Shown here piece by piece: positions 41,097 to 54,344 of a stretch of 64,000 nucleotides of DNA (position 1 is the stretch's first letter; the number at the start of each line of letters is the position of its first letter). The translations under genes were made by a program, and so were the position numbers. The notes under the pieces are model-generated. The model did not search any database. It saw only the letters and a program-made list of their open reading frames with translations, and was not told the origin of the DNA. Source of the stretch: Eledone cirrhosa (Eukaryota); assembly GCA_964016885.1 (NCBI GenBank), contig OZ024742.1, forward strand, positions 88,846,001 to 88,910,000, read 5' to 3'.

Positions 41097-41174
<78 letters not shown>

Positions 41175-41184
41175 CATATATATA

Positions 41185-41289
<105 letters not shown>

Positions 41290-41412
41290 ATATCTTTCCT
41301 CCGCTGTATATACATATATTTATATATGTATGTATATATATAAATATGTATATATATACATATGTGTGTGTGTGTATGTATATACATGTATGTATATATA
41401 TAAATATATATT

Positions 41413-42020
41413 AATGGTGGCTGCTAACGCGTTTTCGAGTACGGCCACTACTTTATATCCATATAGGAGAACCCCTACCGATGCGCTGAACGAGTGTGAC
41501 TTTTTAGTCCAGCCAGCGACTGGAAAACTCTGGTACAAACACTACACTTGTGACAATTATTGACACATAGTGCTGGGTCCTTGGTACCATGTGACGACAC
41601 GTGCAGAGAGATCTCCGGATATAAAGCAATACCTGTGCCGTGAAGCTTTTATAGTGAGCAAAGGCACTGCACAAAGCAAGTCCCAATCTCTTAACCAAGA
41701 TAATATTTACCAAAAAGAAGAACAAGTCAACATCATTGGATACCATCAGGGTTGCAGGTGTTATATCAGAGTTTTCCTTCTCCTAGAATTCTGCCTTAAC
41801 AAAGGCTAAGGGGTCATCTCTCCCGGTGATTTTGGATGGCCATTGACTCTTAAGAGCCCCTTTGCCTTTTGACAGGTTTTATTTTTAGTCCTGCAGGATG
41901 TCCAAGGTCACCCTCCTCACCAAGAAGCCTTGGTGGGGTTGCCAGTTTAGTCGCCAACGACCCGACTATGAGACGGGTTTTACTGGGATGCATGTTACCA
42001 CTAGCACCAACTGGTGACCT
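41413..42020 (-). mobile_element. Short non-autonomous RTE-derived element, copy 2
   Basis: Reverse complement of 3508-4115; retains the ..[16 protein letters not shown]2H2 end; (TA)n flanks. Confidence 0.7.
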
Positions 42021-42023
42021 ATC

Positions 42024-42079
<56 letters not shown>

Positions 42080-42157
42080 GTGTATAATGGTAGCTATGGT
42101 GCTTCAATAGGCGGTATGCCAAAATTAACGGTCGATATTTATCAGAGTAGAGTGTAG

Positions 42158-42336
42158 ATATTATAAAGAAAACGAAAAATCAGTGATGCATCTGGACTTA
42201 ATTTATTGGGTGTTACATTTGTTTCTCCGGCAGGTAGCTCGCGACGTGGTCCCTGCATGGATCCGGCTGGTTCTACTTCTGCAGGTTCATTCAGACATAA
42301 ATTAACTCCAGACGCATCACTGATTTTTCGTTTTCT

Positions 42337-42345
<9 letters not shown>
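42158..42345 (-). other. Long stem-loop (~48-bp arms) enclosing an HHR-like core
   Basis: Arms 42158-42205 / 42298-42345; minus strand reads TGT-CTGAATGA..GAA-ACAAATGT-A-ACA. Confidence 0.55.
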
Positions 42346-42420
<75 letters not shown>

Positions 42421-42423
<3 letters not shown>

Positions 42424-43404
42424 AAGTTTACATACATATATATATATATATACATACATACATATACGTGTTTTGCAACGGGTCACTTTGTGGCTCAATG
42501 AAAAGTTAATAAATTAAATAATAAGAGCTATATATCATAAAACATGTCTATAGAATCACCAGATAAAATATATACCATTTCCTCTCCCAATTAGCATAAT
42601 TAACTATATAAAAACTCGAATAGACCAGGCTATAAGAATAAGGCTTCTATGAAGAAATCTCCAACAAATAACCGAAACTAGCCCTTCGCGTCGGCTGCGA
42701 CGGAATATTTATTGAATATTTCGACAGCGTAATCGCCCAGATACAGTCAATTAAACAGAATTAGGTGTAAAATAAACTAGGAGAAAATAGAATACATTTA
42801 AATACCTCTACCATGGTTTCGTCCGCATTTTGAGATTTCCAATAACTTTGGAACTCGGGCATCGGACTCATCAGGAGATTTGCTCCGATCCAGACATTAA
42901 ATTTTCCAAAGTGATCGCGCCAAGAATTCATTCAAAAATGGCTAAGAATCGTGACATAGCAGCGGTCAGGTTGGAAGGAGTGTGGTAGTTGCTTACGGCT
43001 GGTGGCTTTTTGCTAGAAAGCACAGCACAATACAGCCAAATGTGTATCTCACTCTAATGGGAGATTATTACATATAAAAGTTTACATATATATATATATA
43101 TATATATACATACATACATATACGTATTTTGCAACGGGTCAATTTGTGGCTCAATGAAAAGTTAATTAATTAAATAATAAAAGCTATATATCATAAAACA
43201 TGTCTATAGATACAAATGTGGCTGTATTGTGCTGTGCTTTCTAGCAAAAAGCCACCAGCCGTAAACAACTACCACACTCCTTCCAACCTACCCGCTGCTA
43301 CGTCACGATTCTTAGCCATTTTTGAATGAATTCTGGGCGCGATCACTTTGGAAAATTTAATGTCTGGATCGGAGCAAATCTCCTGATGAGTCCGATGCCC
43401 GAGT
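42421..43404 (-). mobile_element. Retrozyme/pLTR-like element: ~654-bp period partial tandem plus inverted tail
   Basis: 42421-42553 repeats at 43075-43210; 43208-43404 is the reverse complement of ~42853-43047. Confidence 0.8.
42804..42879 (-). ncRNA. Type I hammerhead ribozyme
   Basis: ATCTC-CTGATGA-GTCCG..CGGAC-GAA-ACCATGGT-A-GAGGT; GUA site, palindromic stem III. Confidence 0.9.
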
Positions 43405-43942
43405 ATCCTTCTTTCTTCTCATGTTTTTTATATATATTTACCTCGGTTGCGTTTGTTTGATTCTCTCATACTGCTTCCCCGCTCTCGCTGTTTCTGTCAC
43501 GTTCTTTCGCCCCCTTTGTCAGTTACACTTTCTCTCGACTGACGGCTTCATCGCACTTCAACTCACTCTCTGTTTCTCCCCTTCTCACTTCCTCCCGTTT
43601 GGCTAACAGTGGGCCTCTTCTTGCTTACATGTCACTCACGTCGGACGACTGTATCTTTCGCTCATGTAATCCACCCAGATTATGCTGACCAGGACTACCA
43701 TGTTGCTTGTTTATTTCCTTTCTTTGTTTGTTTTTATCCTTCTATGTTATTCACTTTTCCCCCTCCCTTTACGCGATTACTGGTCCCAATAACCTTTTTT
43801 TAAATTATTGTTCGCACCAACTTGAGGTATTTGATTTTTAATGCGATGAAATAACAATGATGGTTGGAAAATCACTGACGAAGGACTATTTTTTATCATA
43901 TGTAACCCATGTGCAAACCACGCAGTATTCTTCTTTCCTCTC

Positions 43943-44018
<76 letters not shown>

Positions 44019-44144
44019 TTCATAGCAAAGACAGATCCAACGGTGCCTACCTCAGAGAACACCTTAATAGTACCAGCACACCAATTTGCGGATGCCGACT
44101 CATTAGAAGTAGGATTAGGTCTACAACCCTATGTATCGTTTTTA

Positions 44145-44490
44145 ATTTTCAAATTTTTAAATTTGTTAAACGATGATTTCCGATATTCAATTCGTGGTGT
44201 TTAATTTGCTACTTGGTTAAAGGACATGATGCAGGTCTTAAGGTGGAGAACGAGAAGAACCAAACAGTGGGCAACCATGAGTGGCTAGAAATACCGGTCA
44301 AGTGTACAATTCTTGACCGCTCCTGGAATGAAAACAACAGGTCTAAATCAACAAACGAAGGAATTTGATGTTAAATGACAATAGGAAAATCTACTCCTTA
44401 GAAACGAGACGTATCCGAGGACCGCGCGATTTCAGAGTCAGGTTTGATCACCACATCCATCGTGCCTCGAGCTGATCGCCCGAGAAACAA
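44145..44490. repeat. Unclassified dispersed repeat (copy at 52340-52685; partial inverted copy at ~51998-52092)
   Basis: Direct sequence similarity; associated with (TA)n. Confidence 0.75.
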
Positions 44491-44600
44491 TTCATCTGAT
44501 TCTCCTTTTTCTTTTTCTGTGATATCATACTCTGCCCTACGAGGGCATCGAGTGTTCATACGGCCTACCGCATACGGACGCTTTAATCATCCGACACCAA

Positions 44601-45017
<417 letters not shown>

Positions 45018-45333
45018 TAACGAAGGAAATGTGGTAAGGAACCAGGTGGACCATAACGCACCAAAGTACTCAATACTTGAGGTAGTAGAGTGGGTAATAG
45101 GAACCAGTAAGACCCCATACATACATACATATATATATATGTATAGATAATTTAATATATCAACTAACATAAGCGCACAGATGCACGCCCATGCCAGCAA
45201 ATACACAGGTTATGTCATAGTACCTAGGTGGTTCAATGCAGGAGAATGCAGAACAATAATATAAAGGGCGTAAAATAAGAAAATATTCTTTTAAAAAAAG
45301 TTTTAAAAAAATTTTTTACTTACTTAAATTTTC

Positions 45334-45415
45334 ACTCCAACTAATTAGTTTCTGCAATGGGATAAAGACAGTTACGTAATCCAACTGTCGAGAATTCATT
45401 GCGTCATCAGGGAGT
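45334..45415 (-). ncRNA. Type I hammerhead ribozyme
   Basis: ACTCC-CTGATGA-cGCAATG..GACAGTT/AACTGTC..CATTGCa-GAA-ACTAATTAGT-T-GGAGT. Confidence 0.85.
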
Positions 45416-45879
45416 CTATTCTCAGTTAAGTCTCCAGGCAATGCGCGGACACTGGCGGCTCATATAAAAATAATAATAATTCGGTAGATCGAACAGCTTG
45501 CGAGGACTGGATTCTATGTACCGAAATTCTCACTGCTTCAAGTCAAATGGCCGATTCTAAAGAATCAATCACGTGACACAGAGGCTAGTTAGAAGGAATG
45601 GGATGGTAAGATGACTGACGCCTACTAACACCCCAAAAAAAATATTTTTAGAAGTGGTTTTGACAAGTTTGCTCGACAAATCAGTGATTTGGAGATAAAT
45701 ATAGATAATTTAATATATCAACTAACATAAGCGCACAGATGCACGCCCATGCCAGCAAATACACAGGTTATGTCATAGTACCTAGGTGGTTCAATGCAGG
45801 AGAATGCAGAACAATAATATAAAGGGCGTAAAATAAGAAAATATTCTTTTAAAAAAATTTTTTACTTACTTAAATTTTC

Positions 45880-45961
45880 ACTCCAACTAATTAGTTTCTG
45901 CAATGGGATAAAGACAGTTACGTAACCCAACTGTCGAGAATTCATTGCGTCATCAGGGAGT
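45880..45961 (-). ncRNA. Type I hammerhead ribozyme, tandem copy
   Basis: Same as 45334-45415 apart from one loop substitution. Confidence 0.85.
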
Positions 45962-46027
45962 CTATTCTCAGTTAAGTCTCCAGGCAATGAGCCGCCAGTG
46001 TCCGCGCATTGCCTGGAGACTTAACTG

Positions 46028-46640
46028 AGTATGACTCTAAAAACCGGTTTGTCTGTGTGTTTACATACAGAATGGCTGGCCACTCACGGTAGAGTGACCA
46101 GGGAAAGAACTTGGTACATCTACATATGTATGCGTGTGTGTATTCATATACATGCTAGTATTTCAGTATACATATATGGATGTACATCTTTAACTTAATT
46201 GTTTAAGCGTCAGTCATACAAAAGTGAGTTACAAACGAAACGAAGTTTAATTTCGTTTCGTTATTTGTTTTTATCGTCTCCGTTGAACCGGTACTTACTC
46301 ACACTCTATGCAAATTAGTCTGCCCACTACTAATTTTCATAGAAAAAGCATATAACGATATGTGCTTTTACGATTCTCTAGAGAGGCCGGAAGATAGGTA
46401 AATATTGCTGATGAGTTGTAACAACAACGAAACTAGTTCAATATTCCTTGTCTGGCTTTCTGGAGAATAGAGGAAAGGTGTTTCCTCAAAAACCAGTATG
46501 ACTCTAAAAACCGGTTTGTCTGTGTGTTTACATACAGAATGGCTGGCCACTCACGGTAGAGGACCAGGGAAAGAACTTGGTACATCTACATATGTATGCG
46601 TGTGTGTATTCATATACATGCTAGTACTTTAACTTAATTG
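46028..46640 (+). mobile_element. Diverged member of the 469-bp family (~467-bp period), opposite orientation
   Basis: 46028-46160 repeats at 46495-46627; homologous to the reverse complement of 40193-40660. Confidence 0.85.
46401..46445 (+). ncRNA. Minimal type I hammerhead ribozyme
   Basis: AATATTG-CTGATGA-GTTGtaacaaCAAC-GAA-ACTAGT-T-CAATATT. Confidence 0.9.
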
Positions 46641-46869
46641 TATATATATATATATATAGTTAAAAGAATAGAGATGTAACACACAAGTTATTATATATTG
46701 ATAAACGGAATAGAAAATGCTGACAAATTGTTCACAGTTGAAAAATGGTTTAATTAGGAATAAAAGAGTATTAGTGATTGTATGGGTTAGTATTCAGTTG
46801 TGGTTTTAAATTTTTAAGTTTTTACCGGTTGCGCATTTCTAAATGCTTTTCAAAAATAATTTTGAGATA

Positions 46870-49284
46870 GAGTGACTTTAATACGCTCCTTACTCTCCTA
46901 AGGTATTCAGTTCTTATCAATTCTTTCATTTTTTTGTTCTTGATGTCATCAGCCTCCAGAACGCCCAAATACTTGTATCCTTCCTCAGAGTCAATTTCCT
47001 TTATTATCTCACCTGTTGGTATCTGGATTCCGTTACTACTGCTCAACTTACCTCTCCTCATCATAATGACACCACACTTACTAATACCAAACTGCATACA
47101 TATATCATTGCTGAAAATACGGACAGTGTCAACAAGCACATCCAACCCCTTCTCACTCTTCCCGAAGAGCTTAAGATCGTCCATGAAGAGGAGGTGATTG
47201 ATGGTAAGCCCTCCCTTTCCCAACCTGTATCCTGCTCTCACTTTTCGAAGTACACTGGTCAGGGGCATCAGGGCAAGGACAAACAACAGAGGGGACAGAC
47301 TATCTCCCTGGAAGATACCTCTCTTGATCTTCACGCTTTCCAGGGATTCTCCAGTTGATGTTAACTCTGTTTCCTAGGACTACATACTTTTGCCCAACAA
47401 CTGTCTGATGTTATCTGCCACCTTGAAGATCTCCAGGCTTTTGGTGATCCAAGAATGAGGCACAATGTCAAATGCCTTTTTGTAGTCTATCCAATCCATG
47501 GCAAGACCAGTGTGTCTCCTCTTGCAATTCCTCATTACCATCTTATCAATAAGTAACTGGTCCTTTGTACCACGTGACTTCTTTCGGCATCCTTTCTGTT
47601 CGTCCGGTAACAAGTTGTTTGTGTGGAGGTGATGGCAGATTTCCTCAGACATAATGCTTGTCAACAGTTTCCACATTACGGACAGACATGTGATAGGTCT
47701 ATAGTTGCTAACATCATTACACTTGATTCGGTCTTTCATTATCAGAACTGTGGTATCTTTTGTCCACCACGCTGGTACCTCACCTGACATCAAGCAGTCA
47801 TTGAACATGTTTGTTAGTTTCTGGTGGAGGGATGTTATGTTTTAATCCAATACCCCTGAACACCATCTGGGCCAGGTGATTTCCAGTTGGTTAGTTTTTT
47901 GGCCTGCCCCTTAAGAGTTTCAACTGTGATACTCAAATCAGTTTGTTGGTGTGCCTGTTCACTGATCTCCTTCTGTACTGTCTCAATCCACACTGCCTGG
48001 TCATTATCTTTAACATCCTGCTCCCATATTCCTCTCCAGAATGTTTTAGTTTGTTCCGCCTGAGGGATCAAGTCGTTGCCTCTTTCTCTCCCTTCAAGCT
48101 GTCCAAACAGCATCTTCTGGTTGTTGTCGAACATGCGGTTCTGTCTATACTGACTGACTCTGGTCTCGTATCGCCTGATTTTTGCACTACAATGCGTTGC
48201 TTCAGTTCCTCTATGATAATATTTAGCTTTTTCCTCCTAGTTTTGTACTTTATTTCCAGTCTATTTTTAGTGTCTATGTTTTTTAGTGTCCCATTCAGTA
48301 GGGACTCAACTTTCCAATGTCATTTCTCATTTCCCTGATTTGACCACTCAGTCGTTTCTTCCACCAAGGCTCTGCTCTTTCTTGTCTGTTGTTACCTCTC
48401 GCTTTTATACCAAGTAGTTTCCTCACCGTATTTGCTGTTGCTTTGAGGATATTATTACACTGGTGAAGGCTCCTCGCCTCAAGGTATGGCATGACTTTGT
48501 TTACCTTAGCTGTTGTTTCTTTTAACTTTTTCCTGTTTACAAATCTTAGGTTCATAGGTCTCCCTCTATCATTGTTCAATTCATCTACCACTAAGTTTGG
48601 CATATCTACCAAATCTTGTCCTAGCCCGTCAGCATTCATCTCCTCAGTGGCCGTGTCTCTGTTCCAGGTATTATTTATCTCAACATTCAGATCATTGTCT
48701 GCTTCGGGTGGTTCCTCCGTTCTCTCGACCTCTTCACCTTCATTTCCCACTGGCTCGTTTGCCTGGCATACTCCACCCTTCATCTCCAAGCTAATCTCTC
48801 TGCTCAGTTACTCCAGTTCCAGCTCGCTTATCCTCCCATTAGTTCTTATTACCCGAGCCTGCCCGGCCAGTTTTTGTTCATCTAATTTAAATGGACCAAT
48901 CTCGTTCCAGATGTTATGCATCCTTTTCCTATAGCCTTTCTCCTTGGGGTTACTCTTCAGGTAACATTGCATAACAGTTCTATTCAATTCTTTCGTCCAG
49001 TTGGTTCTGGTCCCTTTCCTTCTTCTTCCTCCGACACCAGCAGTATTTGGTTGACAGCCAGGTCCCTGCTGCTGAGCCAGGAGCACCTGTTGGGTGAGAG
49101 TCTGTCACATGACATTCTAGTCTCCATTTCACCGTTATTCGAACTGTTTAGGTTCGACATTTAAACACTCCTATCGAGGATTGGCGAATGTATGGTTACA
49201 TAACCACGGGTGAATTACTTGTCTCCGGTGGTTTCGTCACTCCACGTGCCCTTTGTGTGGCATTATCACGCTGTAGACGAACCC
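46870..49284 (-). mobile_element. R4/Dong-type retrotransposon, 5' UTR to RT; 3' part missing, ORF disrupted
   Basis: WTKELN..GYRKRMHNIW, PWWKKRL, WKSPGPDGVQGYWIK, YRPITCL, EQKGCR, WIDYKKAFD, RGIFQGDSLSP, HLLFMDDLKLF, YKYLG. Confidence 0.93.
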
Positions 49285-50481
49285 AAATAAACAAACAAAC
49301 AAACAGGCAAAAAAAACACCAAAAATGAATAAGCATAAGTTTCATTGTAATGTAGTGTTTGAATGTCTGACTTAGTTTTTCCCTTCCCTTCTCTGCCCGT
49401 CCGTTTGTTTTTCTCTTCATTTTTATTTCCTTTACGTTTTTCGTTGTTGCTGTACTGCTTTGATTTTGATTTTTGTTTTTTTTTGGTGGCAGTGGTGGTG
49501 GCACTGGTGTTTAAATTATCTTTAGTGAAATTATCATTAGTCGCGTATATGTGTTGACATATTCCCTTAATATTGGAATTAAACATTTTGTTAAAACTAA
49601 AACTTGATTTTTATTTTTGTTTTTTTTTTATTTTGACCTGGTCATCAATTCAGTCTATATATATATTTTGATATTTCCCTCTTTTAGTGAGAATTCTACA
49701 ATGTAGCAGGGGGTAGCGGGAGAGATAGCGGCGGTAGTGATATTGAGGCAGCGGCGGCGGTGGTGGTGGCGGTGCTGTGCCAGCAGCAACTAGCAGGAGG
49801 TAGTGGGAGAGAGTAGCGGCGGTAGCGATAATGAGGCAGTGGTGGTGGTGATGTGATCGTATTACTGTAGTGATGGTGTTGAAGTTGGAGTAGAAATTTG
49901 AGTCGACTTGATCAGAGTTTTCATCGTGGTAGTGTTGGTGGTATTGGTGTTGAAATTATCTTTAGTGAAATTATCATTAGTCGCGTATATGTGTTGACAT
50001 AGTCCCTTAATATTGGAATTAAACATTTTGTTAAAACTAAAACTTGAGGCAATAGTAATAGTAATTATTATTATTATGCTGAGATTGGTGGTGGTGGTGG
50101 TGAAATTGCCGTTATCTGGCTGTTGTGTTTAGTGTACACAGAGAAGTGATGGGGTAGGTGGTGTATCTAGTTTCTGATGTTGGTGAAATTGCTGTTATTT
50201 GGCTGTTCTATATAGTGTAGATAGAGGGGGTTTTCTTCCATTTATAACCATTTTCTTTTTTGAATATAAAATGTATAATACAAAATTGAATATTTGAGCG
50301 ATATAACAATATATTATGGATCCGAATTTTTTGGGACTCAAGTCGGATGTTTTATGCAACATTTGTACTAAGAATTGTTATTTCACAATTGATTTAAATA
50401 TGTTAAAAAATCAAAACTTACGGGAGCGATTTCTCGACCATCTATCCACCATGTGTGTCTTCTTCCCTTATTCTTATTCCC

Positions 50482-50537
<56 letters not shown>

Positions 50538-50550
50538 GTTATTGTTATTC

Positions 50551-50758
50551 CTTGAATCTCAGTCATTGATGTTGGTTAACTGGAAAGTCCGTTGGATTGA
50601 ATATCAAGCCACTACCTGCAGCCTCAGATATTCAGGACGTATCGGAGGGTTCTTGCTGTTCCAAGCAAGCATGCCTTTTGAAGCGTTCCAAAAAGCGTGA
50701 AGGGGCCGATTTTCTTTAACCATCCCTGGAAACTTTTGGAGATAGTCCCCAGTGCGCC

Positions 50759-50759
<1 letters not shown>
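50551..50759 (-). mobile_element. R4/Dong 3' terminal fragment embedded in (TAA)n
   Basis: IGALGTISKS..LQKACLLGTARTLRYVLNI* plus 3' UTR; (TTA)n on both sides. Confidence 0.85.
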
Positions 50760-50816
<57 letters not shown>

Positions 50817-51468
50817 GTTATTATTATTATTATTAGTATTGTTGTTGTTGTTCTTTGAGTCTCAGTCATAGTGTGTGTGTGTGATTGTGCGCGTGTTTAT
50901 GCTGATAGCAAATTATATTATCTCTAAAAGATTAATAATTTACATTCGTTGAGAATTTTGTGTGAAATAGTTTTCCGTTTTTCGATATAAGAATGAAATC
51001 TCGAGTGCACACTGTATTGTATCTCTAGAAATAAGATTTATACGATTAACAAAAAATAATTGTATATCGGAAGTGCTCACATCATAGTTAGATTTTTCTA
51101 AAGCAGAAACACGAATTAATTAACCATTAGCTCTTCAATTTCATATCATGATGATGAAATGAATAAGTATTTAGCAGATTATTTCATCTTTGTCTTTGAT
51201 CTATGGATGATGAACTCATGTTTAAATATCTGAAACTATTGATATGAAACTATTGATATTAACACTGCACAATCATTTAGGCTTTTAAGCCTGTATCCTA
51301 AAATAAAACTAACATTGTCGAAAGATTGAATTGTCCAAATAACTGTCAATTTTTCCTTTGTTTTTGTCAGAATGGCTAATCGTTTTTGTCTCTTTTAAAT
51401 CATTGGTCTATTATTTTGTTCTAGGATTACTGCAATGCCTGCCGTAAATCATTAATAATGCAAAAGGA

Positions 51469-51658
51469 TTATGGCAGGTGGATTGGCAGTATCGGTAGAG
51501 GGTCGGACGTCATGCTTTCCAGCATAGTTACGTCCCTTTACGATCTGAGTTCAAATCCAGCCGAAGTTAACTTTGCCTTTCATCCTTACGGGGTCGATAA
51601 AATAAAGTACCAGTAATGCACTGGGTAATTGCTGGCCTTGTGCCTAAAAGTAGAAACA
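51469..51658 (+). mobile_element. Full-length SINE with an 18-bp TSD
   Basis: ATTAATAATGCAAAAGGA at 51451-51468 and 51659-51676. Confidence 0.92.
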
Positions 51659-52788
51659 ATTAATAATGCAAAAGGAATATTATGGAGAAATGAACGGCAA
51701 AGAAATATCTGCTATTCATGGTATTTCAATTTCGTTTTACTCCACACCATCTTCGTACGTCAAGCTCTCCTTTTGGGCATTCAATATTTCCTATGCGGTA
51801 ATCCGATGGAATAAGGGAAAATAACGTCAAAAGTAGTTGGTATTAACTATAAATATTGTAACACACTACTGACGCATGTACGCAAAACTTTGTTCAGTGA
51901 CTATATTGGTTGGTTCACTGGAAATCAATAGCTAGCGACACTTTGTTTCACAATGCATTGTATATATATATATCAAAGAAAAAAAGGAATCACTGTTGCG
52001 ACGAAAGTAATTTATTGGACATATTACAATTATTTCTCGGGCGACCAGCTCGAGGCACGTTCGATGTGGTGATCAAACCTGACTCCGAAATCCCTATGCA
52101 TAGAAATATTACTTAAGTCTGTGGGATGGCATTCTCTCACTATGTTGTTCTGGGCCCGTTTGCTAGTCCTATTTTCCGTTCCTGTCCTGCTACCCGAGTA
52201 TCCTGGCGTATCATTGCTGTCATACTTAGTCTTGGTATTACCCTGAAAGCTCTGTGCTGAGTTATCCCGTTATGGTCCGTGGTGTTACTACTGTTCAGTC
52301 TATATGTGTTGTGGTCCCTAGGGCTCCCGTGCTCCCTCTTTTCAAATTTTTTAATTTTTAAATTGTTGATTTCCGATATTCGATTCGTGGTGTTTAATTT
52401 GCTACTTGGATAATGGACATGATGCAGGTCTTAAGGTGGAGAATGAGAAGGACCAAACAGTGGGCAACCATGGGTGGCTAGAAATACGGGTGACGTGTAC
52501 AATTCTTAACCACTCATGGAATGACAGCAACAGGGTCTAAATCAACAAACGAAGGAATTCGATGTTAAACAACAATAGGAAAATCTACTTCTTAGAATCG
52601 AGACGTATCCGAGGACCGCGCGATTTCAGAGTCAGTTTTGATCACCACATCGATCATGTTTCGACCTGGCTGCCCGAGAAGCTATTGTAATATGTCCAAT
52701 AAATACCTTTCGTTGCATACAGACGCTTTAAGCATACAACACCAATTGTATATATATACGTATGTATATGTGCATATATAAATATATA

Positions 52789-52862
<74 letters not shown>

Positions 52863-53240
52863 TATTATGCTGAGTTAGTCTTCAATTTGTCAAGCTGTCT
52901 AAACGTATGTTATCACTCTAAGGTGAAACTACCTTATAGAGTGCTTAGCTGCACATTCTGGATTGCATTCATTAGCTTGCTTGGCCGCAGCCAGAGCTTC
53001 GATTCTTCTGAACTACCAAATGAATATGTATGTATATATATATAATATATATATATATATACCACCTTGATCACCTTGACCAACCAGTATATATATATGA
53101 ATATATAGAGCTTAAAATTGTGTGAGAATAAGAAGAAACCAAGAACGGGTGGGGTGGGGTCCTCACAAGTTGTCTACCGAGACCCTCAGTACACAACTGA
53201 TGAGGAAAACTATATATATATATGTATATACATACATATG

Positions 53241-53272
<32 letters not shown>

Positions 53273-53874
53273 ACGAAGGAGTTGTGGTAAGGAACCAGAT
53301 TGACCATAACGTACAAGAGTACTCAATGCTTGGGTAGTAGAGTGGGTAATAGGAGAAAGTATGACTCCGACGGCAGAGCTCTGCCGTTGGGGTCGTACTT
53401 TTTCCTATATATATATATACATACAAAATTTAGTACAGCATCATCGAAGCTCTGGTTGCAGCCAAGCTAACGAATGCAGTCGGAGTGTGCATCTAAGCAC
53501 TCAATAGGTATAACATTACGTTTAGACAGCTTTGCATATTGAAAACAGCGGCCGATAGGCAGGCCACAATGACCAAAGCGACGAACAATACTGACCTCAG
53601 GATATACACGCATATATATATGCACAGACACACACACACACAAATACATACTCACACACACACACATATATCTATATATATATATATATATTTAGAAAGT
53701 GAACAACACAATATACAACTACTCCATTACCTAAGGTTTCTGGATCCTAGACAATATTAATATACGCCTGGATCGTTCATCGTTGGAATTACCTAAAACA
53801 TATAGAGAGAGAGTAGTAGAACACCGGAAGGTAATATCCGTAGTGGTAGACACTCAGTTCATGCGGCGCGTTAT

Positions 53875-54085
53875 GTAGAAGTGTTAAACCAACAGTTAGT
53901 TGACCATACCGAGATCACCTTACAGATTTTCAGCTCGTACTTATCATGGTTATACGTTCCGTATAACCATCACCGTATAACCATGACCTGTTCTGTATAA
54001 GCATTACCAGTACCAGCTGAAGTTCCGCTAAGGTGAAACAATTGTTCTCGGTATGGTGAACTAACTGCTGTGTTACCACTTCTAT
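53875..54085 (+). other. Long hairpin with a hammerhead scaffold lacking the CUGANGA box
   Basis: CCATACCGAG-atc-ACCTTA..TAAGGT-GAA-ACAATTGT-T-CTCGGTATGG. Confidence 0.6.
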
Positions 54086-54125
54086 ATATATATATGACAC
54101 TACCGTATATTTTGGTAGATTTATC

Positions 54126-54167
<42 letters not shown>

Positions 54168-54199
54168 AAAGCATATATATATATATATATAAAGAGAGC

Positions 54200-54259
<60 letters not shown>

Positions 54260-54269
54260 TAGATGGATG

Positions 54270-54320
<51 letters not shown>

Positions 54321-54344
54321 CTATATAACTGCATCATATATATA

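Larger units (their letters stand above)
40193..41102 (-). mobile_element. Retrozyme/pLTR-like element: 469-bp tandem units plus inverted tail
   Basis: Units start at 40193 and 40662; 40992-41102 is the reverse complement of ~40588-40700; (TA)n on both sides; no credible ORF. Confidence 0.85.
45142..46029 (-). mobile_element. Retrozyme-like element with two hammerheads 546 nt apart plus an inverted tail
   Basis: 45142-45441 repeats at 45700-45989; 45988-46029 is the reverse complement of 45421-45463. Confidence 0.85.

Noticed and set aside
53150-53215. CTGATGAGG with nearby hairpins as a type II hammerhead
   Set aside because: The GAAA box is missing and the spacing is wrong.
52860-53560. 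Diverged inverted pair as another hammerhead element
   Set aside because: The inverted homology is real, but no complete ribozyme core could be assembled on either strand.
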